From Candidatus Latescibacterota bacterium (GTDB taxonomy: Bacteria > Latescibacterota > UBA2968 > UBA8231), in assembly GCA_965217585.1 (NCBI GenBank), contig OZ244561.1:3360001-3424000 (forward strand): a DNA stretch of 64,000 bases, read 5' to 3'. The position numbers and the translations under genes are program-made. Under the pieces are notes generated by a model. That model did no database searches. It had not been told where the DNA came from and worked only from the letters and a program-made list of their open reading frames with translations. Shown here in pieces: positions 8,771-17,673 of this stretch. Within the stretch, counting starts at the first letter, position 1; every line of letters starts with the position of its first letter.

Positions 8771-9649
8771 TTGAGTTCGAATATTGTTATGACTTTTCTT
8801 GAGCTAGGCGACGCGACGTCGCACAATCTCGAGTTCTCCCATCGCGAAAACGTTTTTGTCAGCTATGGAGAAGAGACGATCACCGAAAACAATCTGCTCG
8901 AGATCAGGCGGCGGCATCCATGCCGCGTTCACGTCGAGACGTTTTCCAACGCGAAAGAGGCTAAGAACGGCGCGGATTGGGAGTGGCACATTGTCGGTCA
9001 GAAGTTGACCTTGAAAATGCGAGTACAGGCCAAGCGGGTGCAGAGCGACGACAAGCTGAAGATCAAGCACGAGGTCAAGTCTTCCGGTGAGCAGCAGCAC
9101 GACCTGCTTTTGGACGGGGCAACGACAGACAAAGTGAAACCGCTCTACTGCATCTATTGCACCGAACCCCAGCGCTCGTTATGGACGCAATCGCATCCAA
9201 AGAGTTACCAAACCGGCTGTCTGTTGGCGGATGCCAACGACGTGTCTGTGACGACCAAGAAACTAGGTGAAATCGAATGCAAATGCATTCCATGGCATTA
9301 CCTGTTTGAACAAGCAAGATTCATGCGCTGGGAGCACGAACTCATTGATGTTGTGCCTGGTCGTGCAGTGTCTTTCTTCAGGGATATAGTGTCTCTGAGC
9401 GTGGACGATTCAGGCGGTGCCGATAGAGGACGGAGGCGAGAGGAGGGATGGAATGCTCCCACAATCGCCGATCTTAACAGAGGATGGGATGATAATTTCG
9501 ACTCCATCGGCGTCGCCGAAACCAGTGAAGAAGACCTCAAAAGGTTTCGTTCGGCAATGGGGGGGAGAACATACCTTGCAGATCAAGGGGAGATTCGGGA
9601 CCGCGGGATACATCGAATGCTGGTGATCGACGTTCGGCCGGAGCGCTAA
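8771..9649 (+). CDS. DUF6615-like PD-(D/E)XK nuclease-fold protein
   Basis: GEETITENNLLEI, EAKNGADWEW and RVQAKR motifs; TTG start after GAGGAA. Confidence 0.72.
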   Translation: MSSNIVMTFLELGDATSHNLEFSHRENVFVSYGEETITENNLLEIRRRHPCRVHVETFSNAKEAKNGADWEWHIVGQKLTLKMRVQAKRVQSDDKLKIKHEVKSSGEQQHDLLLDGATTDKVKPLYCIYCTEPQRSLWTQSHPKSYQTGCLLADANDVSVTTKKLGEIECKCIPWHYLFEQARFMRWEHELIDVVPGRAVSFFRDIVSLSVDDSGGADRGRRREEGWNAPTIADLNRGWDDNFDSIGVAETSEEDLKRFRSAMGGRTYLADQGEIRDRGIHRMLVIDVRPER

Positions 9650-9715
9650 CATGTGCATGAGACGCGAGGCCATGCGAACGGCGGCGATCACTCAGGGCTG
9701 GCGCAAGCCGGTCCG

Positions 9716-9900
9716 AACAGCGAAGGCCTCCAACTCACCCCACCCCCGCTAAAGCCTCGCCCAATACCCGCACCTGCTCCGCGTCCTCGGCATTGACCGT
9801 AAACAAACACCCGTCGCACCCGTGCCCAGCCACTGCCGCATCCAAAGCCCGCACCAGTTCGGGGGACGCTCCCGCTGAAAGGCTAACCGTACGGGGCACC
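9716..9900 (-). repeat. Degenerate copy of the 3' end and downstream flank of the 13880-15238 gene
   Basis: Colinear with ~13861-14046 (AACAGC.AAG.C.TCCAACTCACCCCAC...ACCGTAAACAAACACCCGTCGCACCC...CGCTCCCGCTGA). Confidence 0.92.
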
Positions 9901-10205
9901 CTGCCGAAGGACCCGCAAACTACCTTTAGGGAGCTTGCCTTACCCCTTGCGCGTGTTCAGCGCATTGACGATAACCTCAATAAGGAGCCTAATTGTAGAT
10001 GGGGCGCGCTTGGGAAATGGGGCTCGGATCGGTCTGCGGTATTTTTTATCGGCATTTTGATGGAAGGCGTATTGCGACGCTAAGACCCTAGAGATGTCGT
10101 CACAATATAAATCTGAGATCAACCTCAGCGTCGAACGGGAGAGGTCGAAATGATTGCGACGGGCGGATATCGTGTAGCATGGCAGTGTATACGCCTTAGA
10201 CAACT

Positions 10206-10838
10206 ATGACCGTCACAGTGATGAGGGCGGCGACGCGCGATCATAGAAAAGCAACCCTGGACGAGAGCGCCATCCGCCGAGCGCTCCACGGCAAATGCCT
10301 CCGGCATCACCGTAGGCATCCGGACACCATCGTGGTCGACGAGCTAGGACTCGCTCATGCCCGGTGCCGTATTGATATCGCTGTGATCAATTGCAGCATT
10401 CATGGCTACGAGATAAAGAGCGATCTCGACACACTCATGCGGCTACCGCAGCAACTCGAATTCTATGCAATGACATTGCAGAAGCTGACTTTGGTTGTTG
10501 GCACGCGGCACCTTGAGGCGGTCGCAACAATGCTGCCAAGCTGGGCCGGTCTTGTGGAGGTCAAAACCGGCCCTCGCGGCGGGATCTCATTCGATCACAT
10601 TCGCCCGGCACGGGCGAACCCGGACATCGATCCATTTATGTTCGTTCATCTGCTCTGGCGTGGTGAAGCCGAAGAGGCACTGCAGGCCTTGGGTGCGCCG
10701 CGCGGCTCGCGTCGTGCCACGCGCAAGGAACTCTATGCCGGTCTGGTTGAAGCCTTGAGCACGGCCGAGTTGACGGCACTGATCAAACGCGCTATGCGGC
10801 AGCGGCAAGGTTGGCGAGCTCTTCCGCCACCAGCGTAA
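10206..10838 (+). CDS. sce7726-family protein (PD-(D/E)XK-like)
   Basis: VVDELGL...RIDIAVIN...HGYEIKSDLDTLMRLPQQ...LLWRGEA pattern. Confidence 0.82.
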   Translation: MTVTVMRAATRDHRKATLDESAIRRALHGKCLRHHRRHPDTIVVDELGLAHARCRIDIAVINCSIHGYEIKSDLDTLMRLPQQLEFYAMTLQKLTLVVGTRHLEAVATMLPSWAGLVEVKTGPRGGISFDHIRPARANPDIDPFMFVHLLWRGEAEEALQALGAPRGSRRATRKELYAGLVEALSTAELTALIKRAMRQRQGWRALPPPA

Positions 10839-11883
10839 TGTGGTGGTTGATGGCAACTTCTTTCCAACGTCCGAGAGTGCTAGGACCCTTCTTCTTAGCG
10901 GCGCAATCGCTGATATAGGCATCGCCCCCCGAGAACTCTTGGCCGCGAAAGTTGAATTTTGAATCGCACACGATCGCTTGACAATGGATATACATCTGGT
11001 CCCGATCATCGCGAAACGAACCGCCTTTGCGCGTCGCCCATGTCGTTTCGGTCGTGTAGATTATCTTCCCTGCCGGTTTGAGCTTACGCATGTCTTTGGC
11101 CTCGAAATTTGGGTGGACGATCGTGTAGTCGCCATAGACCGGACGCCGTATGCTGCCGGATAAATTCATGAGCAGTGTTTGGTAGAAGAGCCAATCATGC
11201 CGCGGAATCTCATCCGTGCCCCTAGATATATCGGAAAAAGCTTCAGGGATCGCGGTGCTGACAAGGACGAAGTTGCGAAAGACCATGAGGTCGCCTAGCC
11301 GTGGCATGGCAGCGATCAGTGCCGTGGCGAATACGTCGTAGGGCTCGAAATTTGGGGATCCTAGATCGATGATTAGATCGATTTCGTTGAGTTCGACTTG
11401 CAAGTCCTTTGCCAGCGCAACTAACTTGGCTTGCGGGCTGATGGCCATCAGATCTTCGAGGCGGACGAGGATCGCGGCCCCCTGTCCATCTCGCGCGACC
11501 GCCCGCGCAGCCGCGGCGATCGTCTCGGGATCGGTGGCCAAAGGCAGGGCGGGAATGGCCTTCGCATTGTTCGGCCTGAGGCCGTTGAAGACATAGTCGA
11601 AGACGTGGCTGCCGTCATCCATGCGCCCGTTGGCAATCGCCTCATTGAGCGCGATCCAAGCGGGACGCTGTCCCCACTTCTTGTGATAGCGCATGATGAA
11701 GGGATACACATGCTCATCGACTGTCTTTTTCGGCTGCCGCTGTTCGAAGTCGTACTCTACATCGGGGATCGTGATTAATGGCACAATCTGGTCTTTGACT
11801 GTTTGCTCGAGTCTCTCTAAGGCTTGGTACTCGGCCTGCCGCCAGCGTAGTGCCGGCACATAAGTGTCTTCACTCAACTGCAT
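10792..11883 (-). CDS. Beta-family protein (T4 beta-like)
   Basis: YVPALRWRQAEYQAL N-terminus; YGDYTIVHP, IIYTT, FSGGDAYI and WKEVAINHHIT motifs. ATG 11883 overlaps the upstream gene. Confidence 0.82.
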   Translation of the reverse strand: MQLSEDTYVPALRWRQAEYQALERLEQTVKDQIVPLITIPDVEYDFEQRQPKKTVDEHVYPFIMRYHKKWGQRPAWIALNEAIANGRMDDGSHVFDYVFNGLRPNNAKAIPALPLATDPETIAAAARAVARDGQGAAILVRLEDLMAISPQAKLVALAKDLQVELNEIDLIIDLGSPNFEPYDVFATALIAAMPRLGDLMVFRNFVLVSTAIPEAFSDISRGTDEIPRHDWLFYQTLLMNLSGSIRRPVYGDYTIVHPNFEAKDMRKLKPAGKIIYTTETTWATRKGGSFRDDRDQMYIHCQAIVCDSKFNFRGQEFSGGDAYISDCAAKKKGPSTLGRWKEVAINHHITLVAEELANLAAAA

Positions 11884-13147
11884 CGTCGGGCTCTTCAAAT
11901 TGGGGACCCACAGTGCCTTGACCGACCAGATCATTGAGGATGGTGTAGTCGGCTTGCTCTTTCCTGATCCGACCGGCTATGATGCTCGGATCGATCCCTA
12001 GCGTCCCGGCGTCGATTTGCACCGCTTCTTCCGAGAGCGCAAAACGCGATAAGCACTTACCCCAGGCATCGAGGGGTATCAGCGAGTCGAGGGCGAATCG
12101 GTCGGCGTCGGTCTCGACCTTGTCGCTTTCCCGAGTGCCCTCTTCGTCGAAGAAATCGTAGTGCAGGCCGTCCATAAGATGCAGGAACACATGGCCGAGT
12201 TCGTGGAACAGCACAAACCAGAAATTATCCAGCCGATCATAGCGAAGAGTGAGCCCAATAACGGGCCGTCCAGTATCGCCCATCATAGCGGCCCCATCGA
12301 GATAGGTGCCTGGCAGATGCTTCTCCGTGATTAGTACAATGCCCTTTTCCGCGAGGAGATAACGAGCGCGACGAGGCCCGTCCTTACGACGAGTCAGGGC
12401 TACCAACTTCCCGATCCAGCGATCGTCGAGTTCGAATGCGGGGATCCCGTGCCGGCTGATGGCCCCGCGCGCCCGATCCAGTACTCGTGCTTGCCAGGCG
12501 AGGAGGGCGTATTCGTTGGGGACGGTGCCGCTATGCATCTTTTTCCGGTGGAATGCTGTCGCAAACTGCGGTCCAGCTGCGGTGAGGAAATATTCGCGCA
12601 CTTTCTCGATCGGATCGCCGCCACGCGGCACCGAAAACCATTTCCGTTTGATCATGGCTTTGAAGGGAAATTGCCGCCAGACAACGTCTTCGACAGTTTT
12701 CCAAGAGAACACAGAACCGCGCGTTTCTTGATCTGCTTCGAACAGTTCTTCGATGTGAACGCCGAGTAGGCGCGAGATTTCGATCAACTTCGCGAGGCTG
12801 GCACCCATATAGTCGGAGGCCTCGTAGCGTTGAATCTGTTGTGGCTTGAGACTGAGCGCTTTCGCAAGATCGGTCTGGCTCATGCCAGAGGCGATGCGCG
12901 CCTGAATCAGGATCGAGGGCAAGCTCTCCAGCGCGAATGATTTAGCGAAGGTAATTTGCCCCGCCTTAAGCAAGTCATAATGGGCAAGCTCGGCTTCGAT
13001 CTCTTCGATTTGGCTCTTGAGCGCATCGATCTCCGCGGTCTTCAGCCATTCCTGATCGGATTCTCGCATTTGAGTGACACTGAGGGCATCCTTCAGTTTG
13101 GTGAGCTCGCCGTTTGAGATGCGATATTGCTTGTCGCTATAGATCAT
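11870..13147 (-). CDS. XRE HTH plus ImmA/IrrE metallopeptidase
   Basis: LIQARIASGMSQTDLAKAL...QQIQRYE HTH; TYLDGAA and LRYDRLDNFWFVLFHELGH (HEXXH); ETDADRFA. Confidence 0.92.
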   Translation of the reverse strand: MIYSDKQYRISNGELTKLKDALSVTQMRESDQEWLKTAEIDALKSQIEEIEAELAHYDLLKAGQITFAKSFALESLPSILIQARIASGMSQTDLAKALSLKPQQIQRYEASDYMGASLAKLIEISRLLGVHIEELFEADQETRGSVFSWKTVEDVVWRQFPFKAMIKRKWFSVPRGGDPIEKVREYFLTAAGPQFATAFHRKKMHSGTVPNEYALLAWQARVLDRARGAISRHGIPAFELDDRWIGKLVALTRRKDGPRRARYLLAEKGIVLITEKHLPGTYLDGAAMMGDTGRPVIGLTLRYDRLDNFWFVLFHELGHVFLHLMDGLHYDFFDEEGTRESDKVETDADRFALDSLIPLDAWGKCLSRFALSEEAVQIDAGTLGIDPSIIAGRIRKEQADYTILNDLVGQGTVGPQFEEPDDAVE

Positions 13148-13623
13148 GGCATCACCTGTGGTTGCAGCATCGGATCGGTAGGCAGTTCGACGACCACAAT
13201 CCCTTTCCTGTGGCCGCTGTATCGATCCACTTGGAAGAAATCGACAAAACTCTGTCCGACATCGCTACAGATCATCGATGACGGGAAGAATTCACCCTTG
13301 AACCGCGCTTTCTGAGCGGCCCGCTGATTACTAAAGTCGCGAAAAACCGGATCGAGCTTTCTGGAATCGACACCCGTGGGGTCCCAACAGGCATCAAAGT
13401 CTTGGGGCTTTGGTTTGCCCGTCACATAACTGCCATCAAGAAAAATCCGCGCGCAGCCGGCTGTGAGCAGACTACGGACGCCACCTATGAGACCATTGAA
13501 CAGCGAGCGTCGCCATGGATTGGTCGCAAATCTGTTTGCGACCGCGCCAAGGTCAGCGGGGTGCAAGCCTTGAGGCAAGACGGGCCAGGGCGACCCAGGA
13601 ATCGTGACTAGTGTAGGAATCAT
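13144..13623 (-). CDS. DUF6932-like pol-beta-type nucleotidyltransferase
   Basis: LPQGLH, FLDGSYVTGKPKPQDFD (GS...DxD) and KGIVVV; ATGA overlap with the next gene. Start uncertain. Confidence 0.78.
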   Translation of the reverse strand: MIPTLVTIPGSPWPVLPQGLHPADLGAVANRFATNPWRRSLFNGLIGGVRSLLTAGCARIFLDGSYVTGKPKPQDFDACWDPTGVDSRKLDPVFRDFSNQRAAQKARFKGEFFPSSMICSDVGQSFVDFFQVDRYSGHRKGIVVVELPTDPMLQPQVMP

Positions 13624-13879
13624 ATCTACAACAATAATGTTGTAATCGTGGTTTGTCAATAGCGGGTGCGGGGTGATCTAGGCGCTAACGTAGGTTTTGA
13701 TTTATTCTGACTGAAAATGACGGAGCGAACGCATCGTTGAACATGTTGGGAATGAGAGATTCCGTCGTACGGAGGCGCTCCTAGGCGAAGTACGGATTCG
13801 GGGAGGGGCCATCCCTTGCTGGCTGCGGCCCACTCGGACGTTCGGGGGCTACTGTATCATAACAGCTAAGACTTCCAAC

Positions 13880-15238
13880 TCACCCCACGCCCGCCAAAGC
13901 CTCCCCCAACATCCTCACCTGCTCTTCGTCCTCGGCATTAACCGTAAACAAACACCCGTCGCACCCATGCCCGGCCACCGCCTCGCCCAATATCCGAACC
14001 AACTCGGGGGCCGCTCCCGCTGAGAGGGGCGGATACAGCGGCACCGTCCCACTGGTCTGCGCTTTTAAGCGAGCCACTTCCCGCTCGTACAGGGCGGCGA
14101 TCGGCAAAGGACCTTCCGCTACCCCCGCCGCAGTCTCCGGCAAATCCAGATCCTCCACCCCGAACATACGCCACACCAGAGCTAATACCTCGCTCTCGTC
14201 CAGCCCTTGAGCGTGCCGACACAAAGCCGCAGTCCACTCCCGCGCCAAGTTGGGCACCCCGGTCGCCCAACCCACCACGCTTCCGTGCGAACTCCCCCCC
14301 GTGAGAAAATCCGTCGCCTCTTCCCACTTGCCGTACCAATGCCCGCCCAACAGCCCTGTGGAGGCGGGAAACACATCGCTGCCAAAGACTTTATCGCGGC
14401 CTCCGGCCTCCTGCACGGCGGCGCGAAATTCCCCCATGCGCTCGGCCAGTATATGGGCGCGGAACTGCACCCAATCGAGCACGGCCCCATCCTGAGCCAA
14501 CAAGCCCAAAAAGTCCATCAAGCTCGGACGCCCCGCGGCCAAGGCCCGCACCTCGGCCAAAGTCAATTGCTCTAGGCGATGGCGCAGGGCCAGTACCCCG
14601 CGCCGCATAGCCGCAAAATCGTAGCCCAAGCGGGCGGCTTCGTCCTGGCAGCTAGCACAGCCGCAGGCCATTAGGCTGTGCACATTGGCTGGGGCCGGAT
14701 AGCGAGCGTGGTCCACGTCAAAGCCGTCGATAGCGTAGCGCTGCACCGCTTCGACCAAGCAGTCGCGCGTCCACTCGTTGACCGCCTTGCGGCTCGGACA
14801 TAGGCCAATGCCCCACTCCTGATAGCGCCGATCCAGTAGTCGTCCCTCCAGATCGCGCAGGGCAAATTCGGGATAAACCTCGCCGCCGTAGCTCCACAGG
14901 CCGATGTGCCCCCACACTTCGATCCCCGTGCTTTTACACGCCTCGATGACGCGCTGCAAGGGCGCATCGTCAAAACCGCTGATAATCCCCGCCACCGGTG
15001 GGTACACCCCCTCCGCACCGCTCGGCCAAGCCTCGATGCGCTGACGCCAGTCCTCAAAAGGCCCCCGCTGGGCCAACTCCGCCGAGGCGCTAAAACCCGA
15101 GGTATGGCACACCGGACTTTCGGGCATAATCGTCGTCAGGCCGACGGCGTCCTTGAGCTTTTGCAGGGACTCGGGATGCTGGGCCACGTATTCTGTTTGG
15201 CAGAACCAGATGCGGCGGGATGTATGAGCGGACGTCAT
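13880..15238 (-). CDS. Hypothetical TIM-barrel/glycoside hydrolase-like protein
   Basis: GIEVWGH, GLCPSRKAV and YAIDGFDVDHARYP; start overlaps the Nudix stop codon. Confidence 0.65.
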   Translation of the reverse strand: MTSAHTSRRIWFCQTEYVAQHPESLQKLKDAVGLTTIMPESPVCHTSGFSASAELAQRGPFEDWRQRIEAWPSGAEGVYPPVAGIISGFDDAPLQRVIEACKSTGIEVWGHIGLWSYGGEVYPEFALRDLEGRLLDRRYQEWGIGLCPSRKAVNEWTRDCLVEAVQRYAIDGFDVDHARYPAPANVHSLMACGCASCQDEAARLGYDFAAMRRGVLALRHRLEQLTLAEVRALAAGRPSLMDFLGLLAQDGAVLDWVQFRAHILAERMGEFRAAVQEAGGRDKVFGSDVFPASTGLLGGHWYGKWEEATDFLTGGSSHGSVVGWATGVPNLAREWTAALCRHAQGLDESEVLALVWRMFGVEDLDLPETAAGVAEGPLPIAALYEREVARLKAQTSGTVPLYPPLSAGAAPELVRILGEAVAGHGCDGCLFTVNAEDEEQVRMLGEALAGVG

Positions 15239-15834
15239 ATTTTGTCTGGCTCCATCCAAGCGACCAATTGGCGCACGATGCGAAAGGTTAGTCCCCACAA
15301 CAGCGGCCGACCCGGTCCCAATAGGTCGAGCGCTGGAAATGCCTGTTCTTCGTCTCGGTGCCGCAGTTGGTACTGGGTCCGCTTATCGGGATCGCGCAAT
15401 TGGTCGGCTCCCGCCCAAAAAGCCGAATCGACCTCTTCGCTGAGGACCAAGGCCGCTGGCTTCTCCAAGCGATAGACAAAACCAGATACCACCACCGGCA
15501 GCATATGCCCAGTCAAATCATCGACCCGGCCCCAATACTCAGCGTCGGACAGATCGAGCCCGACTTCCTCCAAGGTCTCGCGCTCGGCCGCAGCTCGCGG
15601 CGACGGGTCGTCTGCCTCAATGCGCCCGCCGGGAAAGGCAATGTGCCCCGACCAAGGATCGTCCGGGTGCTGGGCTCGTTCGATGAAAAGCAACTGCAAG
15701 CCCCTCGGCGTTGGCCCCAAGACCACGGCCACCGCGGCCCGCGTCTTGTCCGTAGAGCCTACCAAGCAGGGCCGGTGCTGGGCGAGACCCGTCTGCACCG
15801 CATCCCAAGCGCCTATATCCACGGTCGCTTCCAA
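15235..15834 (-). CDS. Nudix hydrolase (CoA pyrophosphatase type)
   Basis: AAVAVV, DPWSGHIAFPGG, AAERETLEEVG (Nudix box) and LWGLT. Confidence 0.92.
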   Translation of the reverse strand: MEATVDIGAWDAVQTGLAQHRPCLVGSTDKTRAAVAVVLGPTPRGLQLLFIERAQHPDDPWSGHIAFPGGRIEADDPSPRAAAERETLEEVGLDLSDAEYWGRVDDLTGHMLPVVVSGFVYRLEKPAALVLSEEVDSAFWAGADQLRDPDKRTQYQLRHRDEEQAFPALDLLGPGRPLLWGLTFRIVRQLVAWMEPDKI

Positions 15835-15837
15835 TCG

Positions 15838-17301
15838 CTAAATATCGTCAAAAGGATACAGTTTGCGGCCCAACCGCTTAAAGGCCAGCTTGGCATCGGC
15901 CGGGTCGTGTACCGACGGTTCGGAAATCACTTGGATCTGGCCGGCCCACGACTCAAAACCAGCGCGGAAATGGGCCGCGGACTTGACGCCGACATAGCGC
16001 ATCTGCTTCGGGTCCAAATCCAAGGTGCGGGAAAATGCCGTGCAAAAAGGTTGCTCGCGCTTGTTCACTAACAGCACGTGTACCCCGCCTTGGCGGATGT
16101 GAGCCGAGGGGCCCATGGTGCCATCTAGGCCGGCGTACATAGGCCCGTCGTAGCGAAAGCGGCCGTCGGTCAAGGCCACTACCTCGGCCCGCATGGAGCA
16201 AGGCTCGCCTTGTAACGGGGACGCCTTGCCGCCCACCTCTAAATCGATCACCGCACCGACGCCCGCTTGGTGGCAAGCGGCCACGGCTTCGGGATCAACT
16301 ATGTACAGCACGCAGGCATCTCGCAGGTCAGCCGCCAAAAAAGTTCGCAACAGCCCGGTGCTGTCGCCGGGTGAACCGCCGCCGGTATTGTCGTTGCGAT
16401 CGGCGAAGATCACGGGGAAACGCCCTGTCCCTTCGGCCGCTTGCAGTGCTTCTGCGGTAGAGGGCATGGCCAACTGCCAATCGGCCCGACGCTCCCAGAG
16501 CCAGGCGGCCAACTCGTCGGCGCAGGATTGGGCCAAGGAGAGGTCGTTGTCGGTCGCTATGTACACCGAGGCCCCCATATCGGGAATGTCGGCCAGGGGG
16601 AAGCAGGTGGCTATGGAGCCGCAGATTACGCCGGGCCGCGCTTCAATTTGGTGCAGGTATTCGATGGCCTGGCGCATGGGCGGGTGGGCCGTCACTTGGT
16701 TCATGCCCCAGACTAGCGGCAGTTGGTGCAAGGCCATGGTCGGCCGCACGCCTTCCCGCACTATGCGCACCAGCACATCGGTGCACTCGCGGCCCCTCGG
16801 TGCCATATCGACCTCTGGATAGGTCTCCCGCCCAATTAGGACATCGGCGGCTTCGATCATGCCTTGGGAGACATTGGAGTGGATGTCCAGTTGCCCGACG
16901 ATGGGCATATCCGGGCCGACCAAGCGGCGCACTGCGGCTAGGATATGCCCGTCGGCGTCGTCAATGCCCTCGGCCACCATGGCCCCGTGCAATTCCAATA
17001 AGACCCCGTCGATAGCACCCGCCGCCTCGATGCCATCGACCAGTTCACCCACTAGCCGATCGAAAATGGGGCGGGGCGTTGGGGCGCTGGGAAAAGCCTC
17101 GGCTAACATCGTCGGCACTGCTTCAAAGCTGTGCGCCTCGGCCCCTTCGATGAAGCCGCCGATGGGCGTATTGACCCCGGCAAAGCGCTCGATAATTTCC
17201 GCTCCGTGGAGATAGCTGCGCTCCCGGAAACTGTCCAACGTGGTGGCTACGTTCGTGAAGGTACTGCTCTCGTGGGAAATGCCTCCGATTGCTACGCGCA
17301 T
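15838..17301 (-). CDS. M81 family metallopeptidase (MlrC-like)
   Basis: HESSTF, LHGAMV, LDIHSN, TYPEVD, DNTGGGSPGD and VKSAAHFRA motifs; AAGGAG RBS. Confidence 0.92.
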   Translation of the reverse strand: MRVAIGGISHESSTFTNVATTLDSFRERSYLHGAEIIERFAGVNTPIGGFIEGAEAHSFEAVPTMLAEAFPSAPTPRPIFDRLVGELVDGIEAAGAIDGVLLELHGAMVAEGIDDADGHILAAVRRLVGPDMPIVGQLDIHSNVSQGMIEAADVLIGRETYPEVDMAPRGRECTDVLVRIVREGVRPTMALHQLPLVWGMNQVTAHPPMRQAIEYLHQIEARPGVICGSIATCFPLADIPDMGASVYIATDNDLSLAQSCADELAAWLWERRADWQLAMPSTAEALQAAEGTGRFPVIFADRNDNTGGGSPGDSTGLLRTFLAADLRDACVLYIVDPEAVAACHQAGVGAVIDLEVGGKASPLQGEPCSMRAEVVALTDGRFRYDGPMYAGLDGTMGPSAHIRQGGVHVLLVNKREQPFCTAFSRTLDLDPKQMRYVGVKSAAHFRAGFESWAGQIQVISEPSVHDPADAKLAFKRLGRKLYPFDDI

Positions 17302-17331
17302 TTGCTGCTCCTTTCGGTTTTTTTGCATCTG

Positions 17332-17592
17332 TCACTTCGACTCCGATAGGCGGGCGAAGACTTCGCCTGCCGTCATGTCCTCAATGCACAGCCGCTTGTC
17401 CCGCGCCTTGTGTCCCCGCACAATGTGCACCCTGCCCTTGGCGACCTTGAGCCGCTTCGCCAGCAGGGCCACTACTGCGTCGTTGGCCTTGCCGCCCTCC
17501 GGGGCTGCTGTTACCCGCGCTGTTATCTTGTCGCCGTCAATCTCGACGCTGTTGCGCCCGGCCTTTGGCTGCACCCTGATGTTGAATTCCAT
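17332..17592 (-). CDS. yggU: DUF167/YggU family protein
   Basis: RVQPKA...VTAAPEGGKANDAVVALLA...GHKARDK. Confidence 0.88.
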   Translation of the reverse strand: MEFNIRVQPKAGRNSVEIDGDKITARVTAAPEGGKANDAVVALLAKRLKVAKGRVHIVRGHKARDKRLCIEDMTAGEVFARLSESK

Positions 17593-17603
17593 GCGCTGCG
17601 CTT

Positions 17604-17640
17604 GCTAAATCGACGCGAACCAGTCCTTGTCCACTTCCAC
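17604..17640 (-). repeat. 37-bp perfect direct repeat of the mrr 3' end, left copy
   Basis: GCTAAATCGACGCGAACCAGTCCTTGTCCACTTCCAC, identical to 20116-20152. Confidence 0.95.
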
Positions 17641-17673
17641 TAAGGACGACGGAACCAAGTATTCACCGTATCC

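Noticed and set aside
927-13700. Integron cassette array
   Set aside because: Genes lie on both strands, I found no convincing RYYYAAC...GTTRRRY attC sites, and the recombinase tail is Cre-like rather than IntI-like.
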